DNA from: a virus
Lineage: Duplodnaviria > Caudoviricetes
Length of the DNA: 61,801 nt
Virus record (IMG/VR): IMGVR_UViG_3300049914_000132
Location: 1 to 61,801 of that record
Strand: one strand, 5' to 3'
Shown: positions 37,245 through 45,808 of the stretch, piece after piece
Numbering within the stretch: the stretch's first letter is position 1
Layout: each line of letters begins with the position of its first letter
Notes under the pieces: generated by a model
Seen by the model: only the letters and a program-made list of their open reading frames with translations
What the model was told of the DNA's origin: nothing
The model's database searches: none
Translations under genes and position numbers: made by a program

Positions 37245-37465
37245 GTTCTGCTACTGTGGTGGAGAACACTAGGAAGGAAGAGCGCACCAAAGTTCGCGAG
37301 CAAACCAAGAAGCACAAGTGGGCCATAAGTCAGAGCAAACCAAGACGCGCGATCGAGTCATATCTCAGGAGTAAACCATCAAGTAAGAGTGTGCCATAGT
37401 CCATGAGCACACCAGACACGAAGATCGAGCCAAGGTCTATGAGTACACCAGATAGTGATAGCGCA
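37245..37465 (+). ncRNA. TIGR-like guide RNA array 3 (5 clear units + 1 degenerate)
   Basis: agcgcacca-aagttcgcg-agcaaacca-agaagcaca-agtgggcca-taagtcag-agcaaacca-agacgcgcg-atcgagtca-tatctcagg-agtaaacca-tcaagtaag-agtgtgcca-tagtccatg-agcacacca-gacacgaag-atcgagcca-aggtctatg-agtacacca-gatagtgat-agcg. Confidence 0.88.
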
Positions 37466-37481
37466 TTGTTGGAGGCTGGAA

Positions 37482-38615
37482 ATGAGAATCGCATTTTGCA
37501 GTGATGTGCATGTAGCAAACCACAAGCAGAACGGTGGGGCTGTAGTGTCAGGGCTCAATGAAAGGTGCCAAGACACCATCAGCGTTCTTCGCCAGGCAGT
37601 GCTGAAAGCGATCACTGAAAACTGCGATGCTCTTGTGATTGCAGGTGATCTATTTGATTCAGCAAAGCCAGAGCCCCAGATCATTGCAGAGGTACAAAGG
37701 TCTTTTGTTGGGACCAGTCTGTCCATCTACGTCATGAAAGGCAATCATGATGAGACAAGCTCTGCTCCTGGTGATCACGCTTTGGGGCCGTTAGCACCAC
37801 TTGGCCCAGCTGTTCGTGTGATTGAACAGCCTGTCCTTGCTCAAGCTTTGTCTGATGGAGACCTGATTCTTGTTCCATTCAGGAGTGGGCTTGCATCTAC
37901 ATGGCTGTCTGAGGCAATCTCTTCTACAGCCGAGGTGCAACGTACAGACCGCACGAAAAGCGGTAGACGTCCAGCCTCCCGCCCGCGTGCGCTCGCGTTG
38001 CACCTTGGCCTAACTGATGATCGTATGGCACCATGGCTAAGGGAATCGAGTGGTGCTGTTCTTGCTTCACTCGTCCAGTCTTTGTGCAAAGAGCACAACA
38101 TCGTCTTTGCAGCATCGGGGGACTTCCACGAGTACAAGCTGTGGTCTGAGAAGCCTTGGGTTGTACAGATAGGGGCTCTTTGTCCCACAGGCTGGAGAGA
38201 CCAAGGGTACGAACAGTATGGATCACTGTGCATCTGGGACTCGAAGGCCAAGAGCTACGAACGTCATGTGATCCCAGGTCCACGCTTTTTGTTCAATCCC
38301 AGAGCGCACGATCTTGTTGTTGCGAAGAGAGCTGGCCACAAGATCTATGTGCGGTACACTGCAAGCAACATGGATGAGAAGTTAGCTCTGAAAGAGCGCT
38401 TGGAAGCGGATCTCAAGTCGGGACGAGTGCATTTTGGCTCTGTCGAGATAGATCAGACATCTACCATCGTTGCTGCTCGTTCTGCTGCTATGGCTGCAAA
38501 GTCGTCGAAGACACGTGATGACGCCTTGGATGCCTTTGTTCGGAACATGCCTCTGGAAGATGGCGTAGACAGAGCTGATGTGTTGGAGCGATCCAAGAGC
38601 TATCTTGAAAAATGA
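37482..38615 (+). CDS. sbcD: SbcD/Mre11-like metallophosphoesterase nuclease
   Basis: SDVH, AGDLFD, GNHD, LHLG, GDFH; GGAGG RBS. Confidence 0.88.
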   Translation: MRIAFCSDVHVANHKQNGGAVVSGLNERCQDTISVLRQAVLKAITENCDALVIAGDLFDSAKPEPQIIAEVQRSFVGTSLSIYVMKGNHDETSSAPGDHALGPLAPLGPAVRVIEQPVLAQALSDGDLILVPFRSGLASTWLSEAISSTAEVQRTDRTKSGRRPASRPRALALHLGLTDDRMAPWLRESSGAVLASLVQSLCKEHNIVFAASGDFHEYKLWSEKPWVVQIGALCPTGWRDQGYEQYGSLCIWDSKAKSYERHVIPGPRFLFNPRAHDLVVAKRAGHKIYVRYTASNMDEKLALKERLEADLKSGRVHFGSVEIDQTSTIVAARSAAMAAKSSKTRDDALDAFVRNMPLEDGVDRADVLERSKSYLEK

Positions 38616-38628
38616 GCAGGAGATCCTG

Positions 38629-40359
38629 ATGAGCATTGCGATCGGTAAGGTAGAACTGAGAAACCTGTTTCTACACAAGTCTACAGATCTTGTGCTCCCT
38701 AAGCGTGGGATCGTTCTTGTCACAGGACCAAACGGCTCTGGGAAAAGCGGTCTGATTGAGGGGGTGAGTGTGGCGGTCTTTGGCAAGACCCTACGAGGAA
38801 CGCCCCCTTGGAGCCAGGGTCATGCGTGCAGTGCGACAGCCTATGCGTCTGGGGCTCACCCCTTGGTGGTCACCAGGGCAAACGCCAAGGGCAAGACTAC
38901 GCTGGCCTGGGGGCCACCTGGCAAGGGGCCAGGAACCACCTACGAGAGCACCACCAAGGCGCAGGAAGCCCTAGAAGCTGTGGTCGGGAGCTGGAACGTA
39001 TGGCGCAGGTCTGCCGTATTTAGCAGCTCGGACGCTTCTCACTTCACCTTGGCCAGGGATGGCGAGCGGAAGGCTTTGTTGGAGGAGATCCTAGGCTTGA
39101 GTGAATTCGACATAGCTCTTTCACACTGTCGATCTGACCTTAAGTATGCTGAAGCGGCTTTGGACAGTGCCAGACGGGAAGAGGAGAAATGGTCCATTCA
39201 GCTAGCTGAACGATCAAAGCACTTGGAAGAGCTGCAAGGGATGAACCTGATTGAGCCGTCTAACCCTATTGGCGTAGTCAAGTTAGACACGGAGCCATTG
39301 CAGAATGAAGTGACTCGTCTGCATGCTCTCGTTAAGGGCTGTGAGAAAGATCAAGCAGATCTTAGGAAACAGCACTTGACAATCTCTTCTACAGGTGGGG
39401 AAGACAAGGCAAAGCTCGCTGAGCTAACACGCCGATCGTCCATGCTGTCAAAGGAAAAGTGTCCGACTTGCTTGCAGCCTATTAGTTCAGAAACGCGCAG
39501 AAGGCTTGATGAGGAGATAGGCAAGGTCAGGCTGGCTGCTGAAAAGGCAGAGCTTGCTTCAAGGAAAGAGTTCGCCAGTTTGAATGATGGCATGATCGAC
39601 AGTGATTCTGAGCTGGAAGCACTTAACGCTAAGTTAAGTGCCGCTCGGAGAGAACTGACGGAGGCTGAGCAAACGAACGTGGCAGAGCAGCAACGATATG
39701 ACAATGCTCTAGTGGTGTATGAGCGGGATCTTGCTGCGTACGAGAGCTTGGCTGAAAGGCTGAGCAGAGCTGATGCTGCTGTGCATGAGGCTTCGGCTGC
39801 TCAGTTTGACGCTGCTGTTGGGTTGGGGAAGCATGAGAAGGGGGTTGCTGTCCTTCGAGCTGTGGAGCAAGTGCTCGGTTTGCGAGGCTTGAGAGCGCAT
39901 GTGCTTGGGAGTGCTCTTTCTGGGTTGGAAGCTGTTGCGAATCATTGGCTTGCTCGGATCTGTGGAAACAATGAACTCAGGCTGGAGCTGAAGCCTTACA
40001 CCGAACAAAAGACTGGGGGCATAGCGGACGCCATCTCGCTTGAAGTGGTAGGCGCAGGGGGTGGCTATGGCTACCGAGCAAGCAGCGGTGGAGAACGCAG
40101 GCGCATAGACATCGCTCTGCTTCTTGCGCTTGCAGAGGTTGCAGGCGCAGCACATAGGTCAGCAGAAGACTCGACGCTGTTCTTTGACGAGTGCATGGAC
40201 GCTCTCGACGAAGATGGAGCGGACGCAGTAGCATCAGCATTGTACGACTTGGCAAAGAACAGAGCTGTGCTTGTGATCACGCACTCTGAGGTTCTTTCTA
40301 GTAGGATCGAGGCGGACGTTAGACTTAGAGTAGAGAATGGAACTGTAATCACTCTTTGA
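38629..40359 (+). CDS. sbcC: SbcC/Rad50-like SMC ATPase
   Basis: GPNGSGKS, coiled coils with CPTC zinc hook, SSGGERRR signature, FFDECMDALD, ITH. Confidence 0.9.
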   Translation: MSIAIGKVELRNLFLHKSTDLVLPKRGIVLVTGPNGSGKSGLIEGVSVAVFGKTLRGTPPWSQGHACSATAYASGAHPLVVTRANAKGKTTLAWGPPGKGPGTTYESTTKAQEALEAVVGSWNVWRRSAVFSSSDASHFTLARDGERKALLEEILGLSEFDIALSHCRSDLKYAEAALDSARREEEKWSIQLAERSKHLEELQGMNLIEPSNPIGVVKLDTEPLQNEVTRLHALVKGCEKDQADLRKQHLTISSTGGEDKAKLAELTRRSSMLSKEKCPTCLQPISSETRRRLDEEIGKVRLAAEKAELASRKEFASLNDGMIDSDSELEALNAKLSAARRELTEAEQTNVAEQQRYDNALVVYERDLAAYESLAERLSRADAAVHEASAAQFDAAVGLGKHEKGVAVLRAVEQVLGLRGLRAHVLGSALSGLEAVANHWLARICGNNELRLELKPYTEQKTGGIADAISLEVVGAGGGYGYRASSGGERRRIDIALLLALAEVAGAAHRSAEDSTLFFDECMDALDEDGADAVASALYDLAKNRAVLVITHSEVLSSRIEADVRLRVENGTVITL

Positions 40360-40369
40360 AAGAGGGCAC

Positions 40370-41044
40370 ATGGCTAAGAAAAAAGCAGGGCCTGAACAAG
40401 TACGCATTGAGTACATGCCGCTTTCCGAGCTTGTACCTGCGGAGAGAAACCCGAAGCAGCACAACCTAGACGCTCTTGGCGATTCTATCGTGCGATGGGG
40501 CTATGTTCAGCCGGTCACAATCAATGAGGCTACAGGGCGCCTCGTGGCAGGGCATGGGCGCACAGAGAAGCTTGCTCACATGAAAGCTGCTGGGGAGGAT
40601 GCACCTGGCCGAGTACAGGTACGGAAGAAGGACGGGGAATGGCTTGTTCCAGTGGTCAGGGGGGTGAGCTTTGCCAATGATCAGGAAGCTGAAGCCTACT
40701 TGCTGGCGGACAACAGGCTCACGGAGATTGGCCATTGGGACGAAGAGCTGCTCGGCCAGGTCTTGAGCGAGTTCGCAGAGGTTGGCCCTGAGTCTTTTGT
40801 CGGCCTTGGCTGGGACATGCAAGATGTGGTGACCATGGAGACCGAGAAGGAGCTTGCTGATCTCAAGATGGCACCTGTTGGGATTGCTGCTGAGAACACG
40901 GCAGAGGATCCGCGCAGCAAGCAGTTCTGGGTCTGGGCTGCTTGTGAGAGCGCTGAGCAAATGCAAGAGGTCGTTGCTAGGTTCGGCAAGCCAGGGAAGG
41001 GCAAGACCAGCAGAGAATTGGACATCGCTTTGATCATGAGGTGA
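40370..41044 (+). CDS. ParB N-terminal domain protein
   Basis: RNPKQH..LGDSIVRWGYVQPV..LVAGHGR..AYLLADNRLTE..WD. Confidence 0.85.
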   Translation: MAKKKAGPEQVRIEYMPLSELVPAERNPKQHNLDALGDSIVRWGYVQPVTINEATGRLVAGHGRTEKLAHMKAAGEDAPGRVQVRKKDGEWLVPVVRGVSFANDQEAEAYLLADNRLTEIGHWDEELLGQVLSEFAEVGPESFVGLGWDMQDVVTMETEKELADLKMAPVGIAAENTAEDPRSKQFWVWAACESAEQMQEVVARFGKPGKGKTSRELDIALIMR

Positions 41045-41046
41045 TT

Positions 41047-42465
41047 ATGGCTTGTGGTAACTGCTCTTTGTGCGGTACTCGAACGTATTGCCAGCCGCTC
41101 AAGGGCAAGCCCAAGTCATATGGGGGCTACAGGTTCACAGCCGATTGCTTTGATTGTGCAATCCAGCTTTCATTGGACACGTACTCAGCGTGCAGTTTTG
41201 ACTGTTTGTATTGTTTCAGTAATTACTTAGCGCGAAACCCTGAGCTGAAGAAGCGGAATCCGAACGCGAAACCGTCTGACGGTACAGTTGGGGCGATGAG
41301 CCCAGCTGTGTTGGAAGACATACTCGATCTGAGCCGGACAGGTGGGGCTCGCGAGGTCTTTCGCAGCTACATTCGGCATTCCAAAGGGCGCAAGGTTATT
41401 CAGTGGGGTGCTCTTGGTGATCCGTTTGACAACATAGAGCGCTGGCAGCGGGTAGGTCTTCAGCTCATTCCGATCTTTCAGAAGTACAACCAGCCGACTC
41501 GAATAAGCACAAAAGGTGGGCTGCTCCTTCAGGACAAGGAGTATCTATCCACCATCGCCAAGTACCCAGAGATCTTCTGGTTCGCGTTCTCCACGATAAC
41601 GATCGACGATGAGGTGCTTGCTTCTGTGGATAGGATGGCGCCAAACGCAACAGAGCGCCTGAAGGCTATGAAGATCCTGACGTCAATGGGCTGTAGGGCG
41701 AGCTTGCGCATGCGTCCGATACTCAAGAACGTGACGGATACCACAGCAAAGCATCCGAACGCATGGCGCGAGCTGATGCACAGGGCACGCGAAGCAGGTG
41801 CGGAAGCTGTCAGTATGGAGTTTGTCTTTGTGCCTGGAGCAGAACGAGCAGGGGTCAAGTGGAGATGGGACGAGATAGAGAAGATCACACGCTTTCCGTA
41901 CAGGAAGTTCTACAAGAGCACGAGTGATTGCTTCAGTGCATGCTTGCGCAGCAGCAGAGCGTGGAAAGAAGAGCTGACGTTCGCCATACGAGATGAGGCG
42001 CACAAGCTGGGCATGGTCTTTTCAATCAGTGATCCGCATTGGAAAGAGCTGAACGACACAGGATGCTGCTGTGGGATGACTGACACTGATCCTGTGTTTG
42101 GTATCTGGGAGAAGAAGCAAGCGTGCCAGGCATTGCTCACGGCCAAGGCTGACTCAGAGCACGGTGGGGATGGCCTGATATACATCGAAGACGTGATTCC
42201 GGATTGGGCTCGTAAGGTGACGGCGAGGAGCTTGATCTGTGTGACAGGGCCGAAAGCGATCACAGCGAATAGGCTAAGCTTTGCTGATTGGCATCATGTG
42301 TCCATCTGGAACAACCCAGGCAAGGCGCGCGGGCCTAGGATCTACTTTGGGGGCGTCCTTGAGCCTGTTGGGATGGATGTGAATAAGAACCTGGTCTACA
42401 AGTATGCTGCTCGGGGTAGGTCATTCAAGGACTACGGATGGAATGTAGGGGACGAGCATGAGTGA
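41047..42465 (+). CDS. Radical SAM protein (spore photoproduct lyase-like)
   Basis: LDTYSACSFDCLYCF (CxxxCxxC), GALGDPF, ISTKG, ERLKAM, LRMRPI, GCCCG. Confidence 0.85.
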   Translation: MACGNCSLCGTRTYCQPLKGKPKSYGGYRFTADCFDCAIQLSLDTYSACSFDCLYCFSNYLARNPELKKRNPNAKPSDGTVGAMSPAVLEDILDLSRTGGAREVFRSYIRHSKGRKVIQWGALGDPFDNIERWQRVGLQLIPIFQKYNQPTRISTKGGLLLQDKEYLSTIAKYPEIFWFAFSTITIDDEVLASVDRMAPNATERLKAMKILTSMGCRASLRMRPILKNVTDTTAKHPNAWRELMHRAREAGAEAVSMEFVFVPGAERAGVKWRWDEIEKITRFPYRKFYKSTSDCFSACLRSSRAWKEELTFAIRDEAHKLGMVFSISDPHWKELNDTGCCCGMTDTDPVFGIWEKKQACQALLTAKADSEHGGDGLIYIEDVIPDWARKVTARSLICVTGPKAITANRLSFADWHHVSIWNNPGKARGPRIYFGGVLEPVGMDVNKNLVYKYAARGRSFKDYGWNVGDEHE

Positions 42466-42664
42466 CAAATGGCTGACGCTGGATGAGGCTGTTGCGCTAT
42501 TCAGTTCGTCGAACACACTCACATCGCCGTATGTTGCATTCATGGGAAGCTTCTTGGAAAGCTTCTGTAAGGTGACACGTAAGTCAGGGACAATATTCTA
42601 TGATCGTGCATGTGTAGAAGATGCTGTAGCAAGGTTCACAGAGCATACGTTGTCCACACTATAG
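42458..42664 (+). CDS. Small Xis/MerR-like protein
   Basis: WLTLDEAV...IFYDRACVEDAVARFTE. Confidence 0.5.
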   Translation: MSDKWLTLDEAVALFSSSNTLTSPYVAFMGSFLESFCKVTRKSGTIFYDRACVEDAVARFTEHTLSTL

Positions 42665-42907
42665 GTGGTGGCATGTTGATAAGGCTCGAAGAAGCGATCA
42701 AGAAGTACGGTATTGATCCTGACGTTCTAAGGAGAGTTCCAAGAGCAAAGACACAACTCAGGCGTAGCCTTATAGGCAATGCGTTTGTGGTTTCCTTCTG
42801 GGAGTCTGATGACATCGAAGAGCACTTGGCTGGGAAGGCTAGAGCTGGTCTGGAGTTCTGCGACTTGGATGTAAAGCAGTGCGGAACACTGATTGACTTC
42901 ACAACGT

Positions 42908-43159
42908 ATGATCCCTAGGCCGAAAGACAGTAAGGGCTACACATTAGCTGAAGCTGAGCAAATCTGTGGTCGTGCAGTCACCGTGTACGATGTGATAGAG
43001 GCTGGAATCGAAATTCCGCATGTTGATCTCACGTCTTTTACGAAGTATTGGATGGACACGTTCAAAGGCAACCTGATCATGGATCCGCTGTTTACGAAGA
43101 AGCATATGAGTCAGCTCATTACCTACTATGCAGAACGGGCGCTGCTAAGCATAAAATGA
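42908..43159 (+). CDS. Paralog-family protein (P..GYT..E..FT..AERxLL)
   Basis: IPRPKDSKGYTLAEAEQICG...PLFTKKH...YAERALL. Confidence 0.6.
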   Translation: MIPRPKDSKGYTLAEAEQICGRAVTVYDVIEAGIEIPHVDLTSFTKYWMDTFKGNLIMDPLFTKKHMSQLITYYAERALLSIK

Positions 43160-43407
43160 TCACAGACCAGCACGAGATTCCAGAACCAGAAAGCCCAGAT
43201 GGCTACACCTGGATGGAAGCAGAGCAAATTCTTAGCAGGATCATCAACTACTCCGACCTTCAGGATTTGGACTTGGCTAACTTCAACTTGAAGGGTGTTT
43301 GGTCAAAGCATGACAACGTGCTTGAAATGCCTGTCTTCACAAAAGATCACTTAATCAAGATTATAGCCTACTTCGTTGGGAGGAGCTTAGCATCTGTTGA
43401 GCTTTGA
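43156..43407 (+). CDS. Paralog-family protein
   Basis: IPEPESPDGYTWMEAEQIL...PVFTKDH. Confidence 0.6.
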   Translation: MITDQHEIPEPESPDGYTWMEAEQILSRIINYSDLQDLDLANFNLKGVWSKHDNVLEMPVFTKDHLIKIIAYFVGRSLASVEL

Positions 43408-43432
43408 TTGTCAATAACAGGAGGATCAAACA

Positions 43433-44005
43433 ATGGCTAGAAAACTTGCGTCGTGTTCTGATCATACAGCTTACGATGAAGAATGCGATAGTTGTCGAGA
43501 AGCGATGCTGGATAGAGAGATTGACAGGCTGCACAAAGCGCGTGACACGAAGGGTATGGCCAAGCTCGTTCAGGACCAAATAGACACGGTTATGAAGAAC
43601 AAGTTGTTGAACCTGGAAGAGGAGGTTGGCGAGCTTTTTTCAGAACTCATAGAAATCACTGTACTCATGTCGTTCGGTTGTGAAAAAAGAAGCTTTAACG
43701 AAATCAGAATGCTGTATGAGAATGGTGATCGTTACGGAAAGGTCACACAAGCTCTTATTGCAGGATCGACTCTTCTCCAGAAGATTCGTGATCAGGTTGA
43801 GTCTAGGATAGGTCCAACCCTGGACGAGCACCTAGGCAAGATTGCGGACTCTGTTCTCACAGACAAAGTGCTCACTCGTGAGATCAAGAATTCGTACTTG
43901 GAAGTCTTTCACGAAAAGCTCAAGGATCGAATGACTGCTTGGATAAACGACAAAGCTGAAGAGGATGTGGACAACTTCATAGAAGATGCTCTGAGAGGAA
44001 AGTAG
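43433..44005 (+). CDS. Hypothetical helical protein
   Basis: AGGAGG RBS; N-terminal C..H..C..C. Confidence 0.6.
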   Translation: MARKLASCSDHTAYDEECDSCREAMLDREIDRLHKARDTKGMAKLVQDQIDTVMKNKLLNLEEEVGELFSELIEITVLMSFGCEKRSFNEIRMLYENGDRYGKVTQALIAGSTLLQKIRDQVESRIGPTLDEHLGKIADSVLTDKVLTREIKNSYLEVFHEKLKDRMTAWINDKAEEDVDNFIEDALRGK

Positions 44006-44016
44006 GAGGCCGAAAA

Positions 44017-44433
44017 GTGATCAATAGGCCATGGGCAGAAGGCTTGAACCCTACGTTTGTTCCTATGAGCACGCTTGAATCGCGCTTATTTGCGTCTGCG
44101 TCGTTGTTGGAGAAAGGAGGATCTACAGGCACGTCAAATGAAGACGTGGATCAGCAGTTTCTCACCAGGGTGCTTCAGAAGCGCATCGAAGCTTTCAAGC
44201 TGCCAATCTCATTCAGCAGCAACGCAAGACTGGCCGTTCTCACACTCGTTGATCGGCCTGGCTCTGTCGTTGTCTTGCTCATCGATTGCTTGAATGCATA
44301 CGAGGGTCAGACAGTAACCGTGGACATGCTTGCTGAACTGTACCCTATAGGCTTCTACGACGAGGTGACTTTGTCTAGGTACATAGAAGACTTTCTGAAG
44401 CAAGGCAAAGTGAAATGGTCTGAGATCTACTGA
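44017..44433 (+). CDS. Hypothetical protein
   Basis: AGGAGG RBS. Confidence 0.6.
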   Translation: MINRPWAEGLNPTFVPMSTLESRLFASASLLEKGGSTGTSNEDVDQQFLTRVLQKRIEAFKLPISFSSNARLAVLTLVDRPGSVVVLLIDCLNAYEGQTVTVDMLAELYPIGFYDEVTLSRYIEDFLKQGKVKWSEIY

Positions 44434-44560
44434 AAGGAAGAGGCTGGGCATGTTGGCGTCCTAGGACGTATCCCTGCAAAAGACCCAAGCAGCAACCCAG
44501 CAACCTCCGCGTCCTTGGCATTTTAGGTAGCTGCTGGTAGCATAAAGCGGAAGGGCTGGA

Positions 44561-45286
44561 ATGAAGCGCGCAATCACCAAAGAAACGTACGATCTGCTAC
44601 TTGCTGCTTACAGGGAGTGCCCTGACAACGCAGCAAACGCAGCCCGCAGAGCCTCCGTGGATCCTAGGACGGCGCGTAGAGGTTGGAGCAAGGGCTGGAT
44701 CTCTTCGCACAATCGGTGGGCTCGTCCGATCAAGGTTGTGCTCGAAGAAGAGCAGATCAATGCTCTGGCTATTGCTGCACAGCAAGAGGAACAGAAGCGC
44801 AAAGAGGCAGAAGAGCTACGACAGAAGGGGCGTGATGAAGCTGTCAACACGATGGCAGCAGAGCAGCGCTTGCTGAACCAAGTCAGGTCGAACACAGGTG
44901 GATTGTTGGGCGTCACAGCTCGTGGGCTCAAGGCAATGGTTGTGCTCACGGAGAAGATTGAAGAGGAGGCTAGAACAGCAACACTATCGATCATCAACCG
45001 AGTCAAGCTGCTTGCTGCGCTTGCGTACGCTACCAAGCAAGCGAACGAGAGCGTGAAGCTTGCTTTGGAAGCTCAGCGGAAGTATGTGGGAGCGCCTGAC
45101 GCCATTCTCAAGATCGATACGAGCACGAACGACATGCCGATTGATGATGCTGTGCATGCCATCGAGATGGCGAACGTTGCGCTACAGCGCGCACAGAGGT
45201 CTGGGCTTGTACTCGTGCAAGGGCAAAAGGCTATCGATGTGACTCCAGCAGCAGTGCCAGGCAAGACCAATGGAACAGCGCACTGA
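44561..45286 (+). CDS. Putative terminase small subunit
   Basis: N-terminal HTH-like segment (NAANAARRASVDPRTARRGW), coiled coil; upstream of TerL. Confidence 0.5.
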   Translation: MKRAITKETYDLLLAAYRECPDNAANAARRASVDPRTARRGWSKGWISSHNRWARPIKVVLEEEQINALAIAAQQEEQKRKEAEELRQKGRDEAVNTMAAEQRLLNQVRSNTGGLLGVTARGLKAMVVLTEKIEEEARTATLSIINRVKLLAALAYATKQANESVKLALEAQRKYVGAPDAILKIDTSTNDMPIDDAVHAIEMANVALQRAQRSGLVLVQGQKAIDVTPAAVPGKTNGTAH

Positions 45287-45545
45287 TCTGATTCCACCCC
45301 CGAAAGATCCGAGAGGCTACACGTCTCCTGAACTCAGTGAAATTTGTGGGTCCATGGTTACCACTTACGATGTGGACTACACTGAAGGGGCTTGGCGCTT
45401 ATACACCAACCGTCCTTTCAGGAGTTTAATCTTCACGAAAGAGGAAGCACTTGCAATTATAGTTCGCCATGCGGAGCGCATGCTGCAATCAGCCGATGTC
45501 GGACCAACATATGGATCAGCCAATGGCGAACAACCTCCACAATGA
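45270..45545 (+). CDS. Paralog-family protein
   Basis: LIPPPKDPRGYTSPELSEICG...IFTKEEALAIIVRHAERML. Confidence 0.6.
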   Translation: MEQRTDLIPPPKDPRGYTSPELSEICGSMVTTYDVDYTEGAWRLYTNRPFRSLIFTKEEALAIIVRHAERMLQSADVGPTYGSANGEQPPQ

Positions 45546-45804
45546 ATTGATCCCACCCCCGAAAGACCGTAAGGGGTACACACCTAACGAGGTGGAGAAG
45601 ATATCTGGCAAGTATGTTTCGTTTGGGGGCATAACCCGAGCGGGAATACAGATTTTCAGCACAGGCATTAACCGATACGACTGGGTATGTAAGCATCTTG
45701 ATGGCTCGATTACCACAATCAAATACTTGAGGTTTACTAGAGAGGAAGCACTTGCGATCATATGTGCTAGGGCAAAGCACATACTGCTTTCGATGAAATT
45801 GTGA
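45523..45804 (+). CDS. Paralog-family protein
   Basis: LIPPPKDRKGYTPNEVEKISG...RFTREEALAII. Confidence 0.6.
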   Translation: MANNLHNELIPPPKDRKGYTPNEVEKISGKYVSFGGITRAGIQIFSTGINRYDWVCKHLDGSITTIKYLRFTREEALAIICARAKHILLSMKL

Positions 45805-45808
45805 CCGG

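Noticed and set aside
34220-37465. CRISPR array interpretation of the 36-nt periodic repeats
   Set aside because: The constant parts are only 9 nt, alternate between two types and flank 9-nt variable segments. There are no 23-47-nt repeats with ~30-nt spacers and no cas genes.
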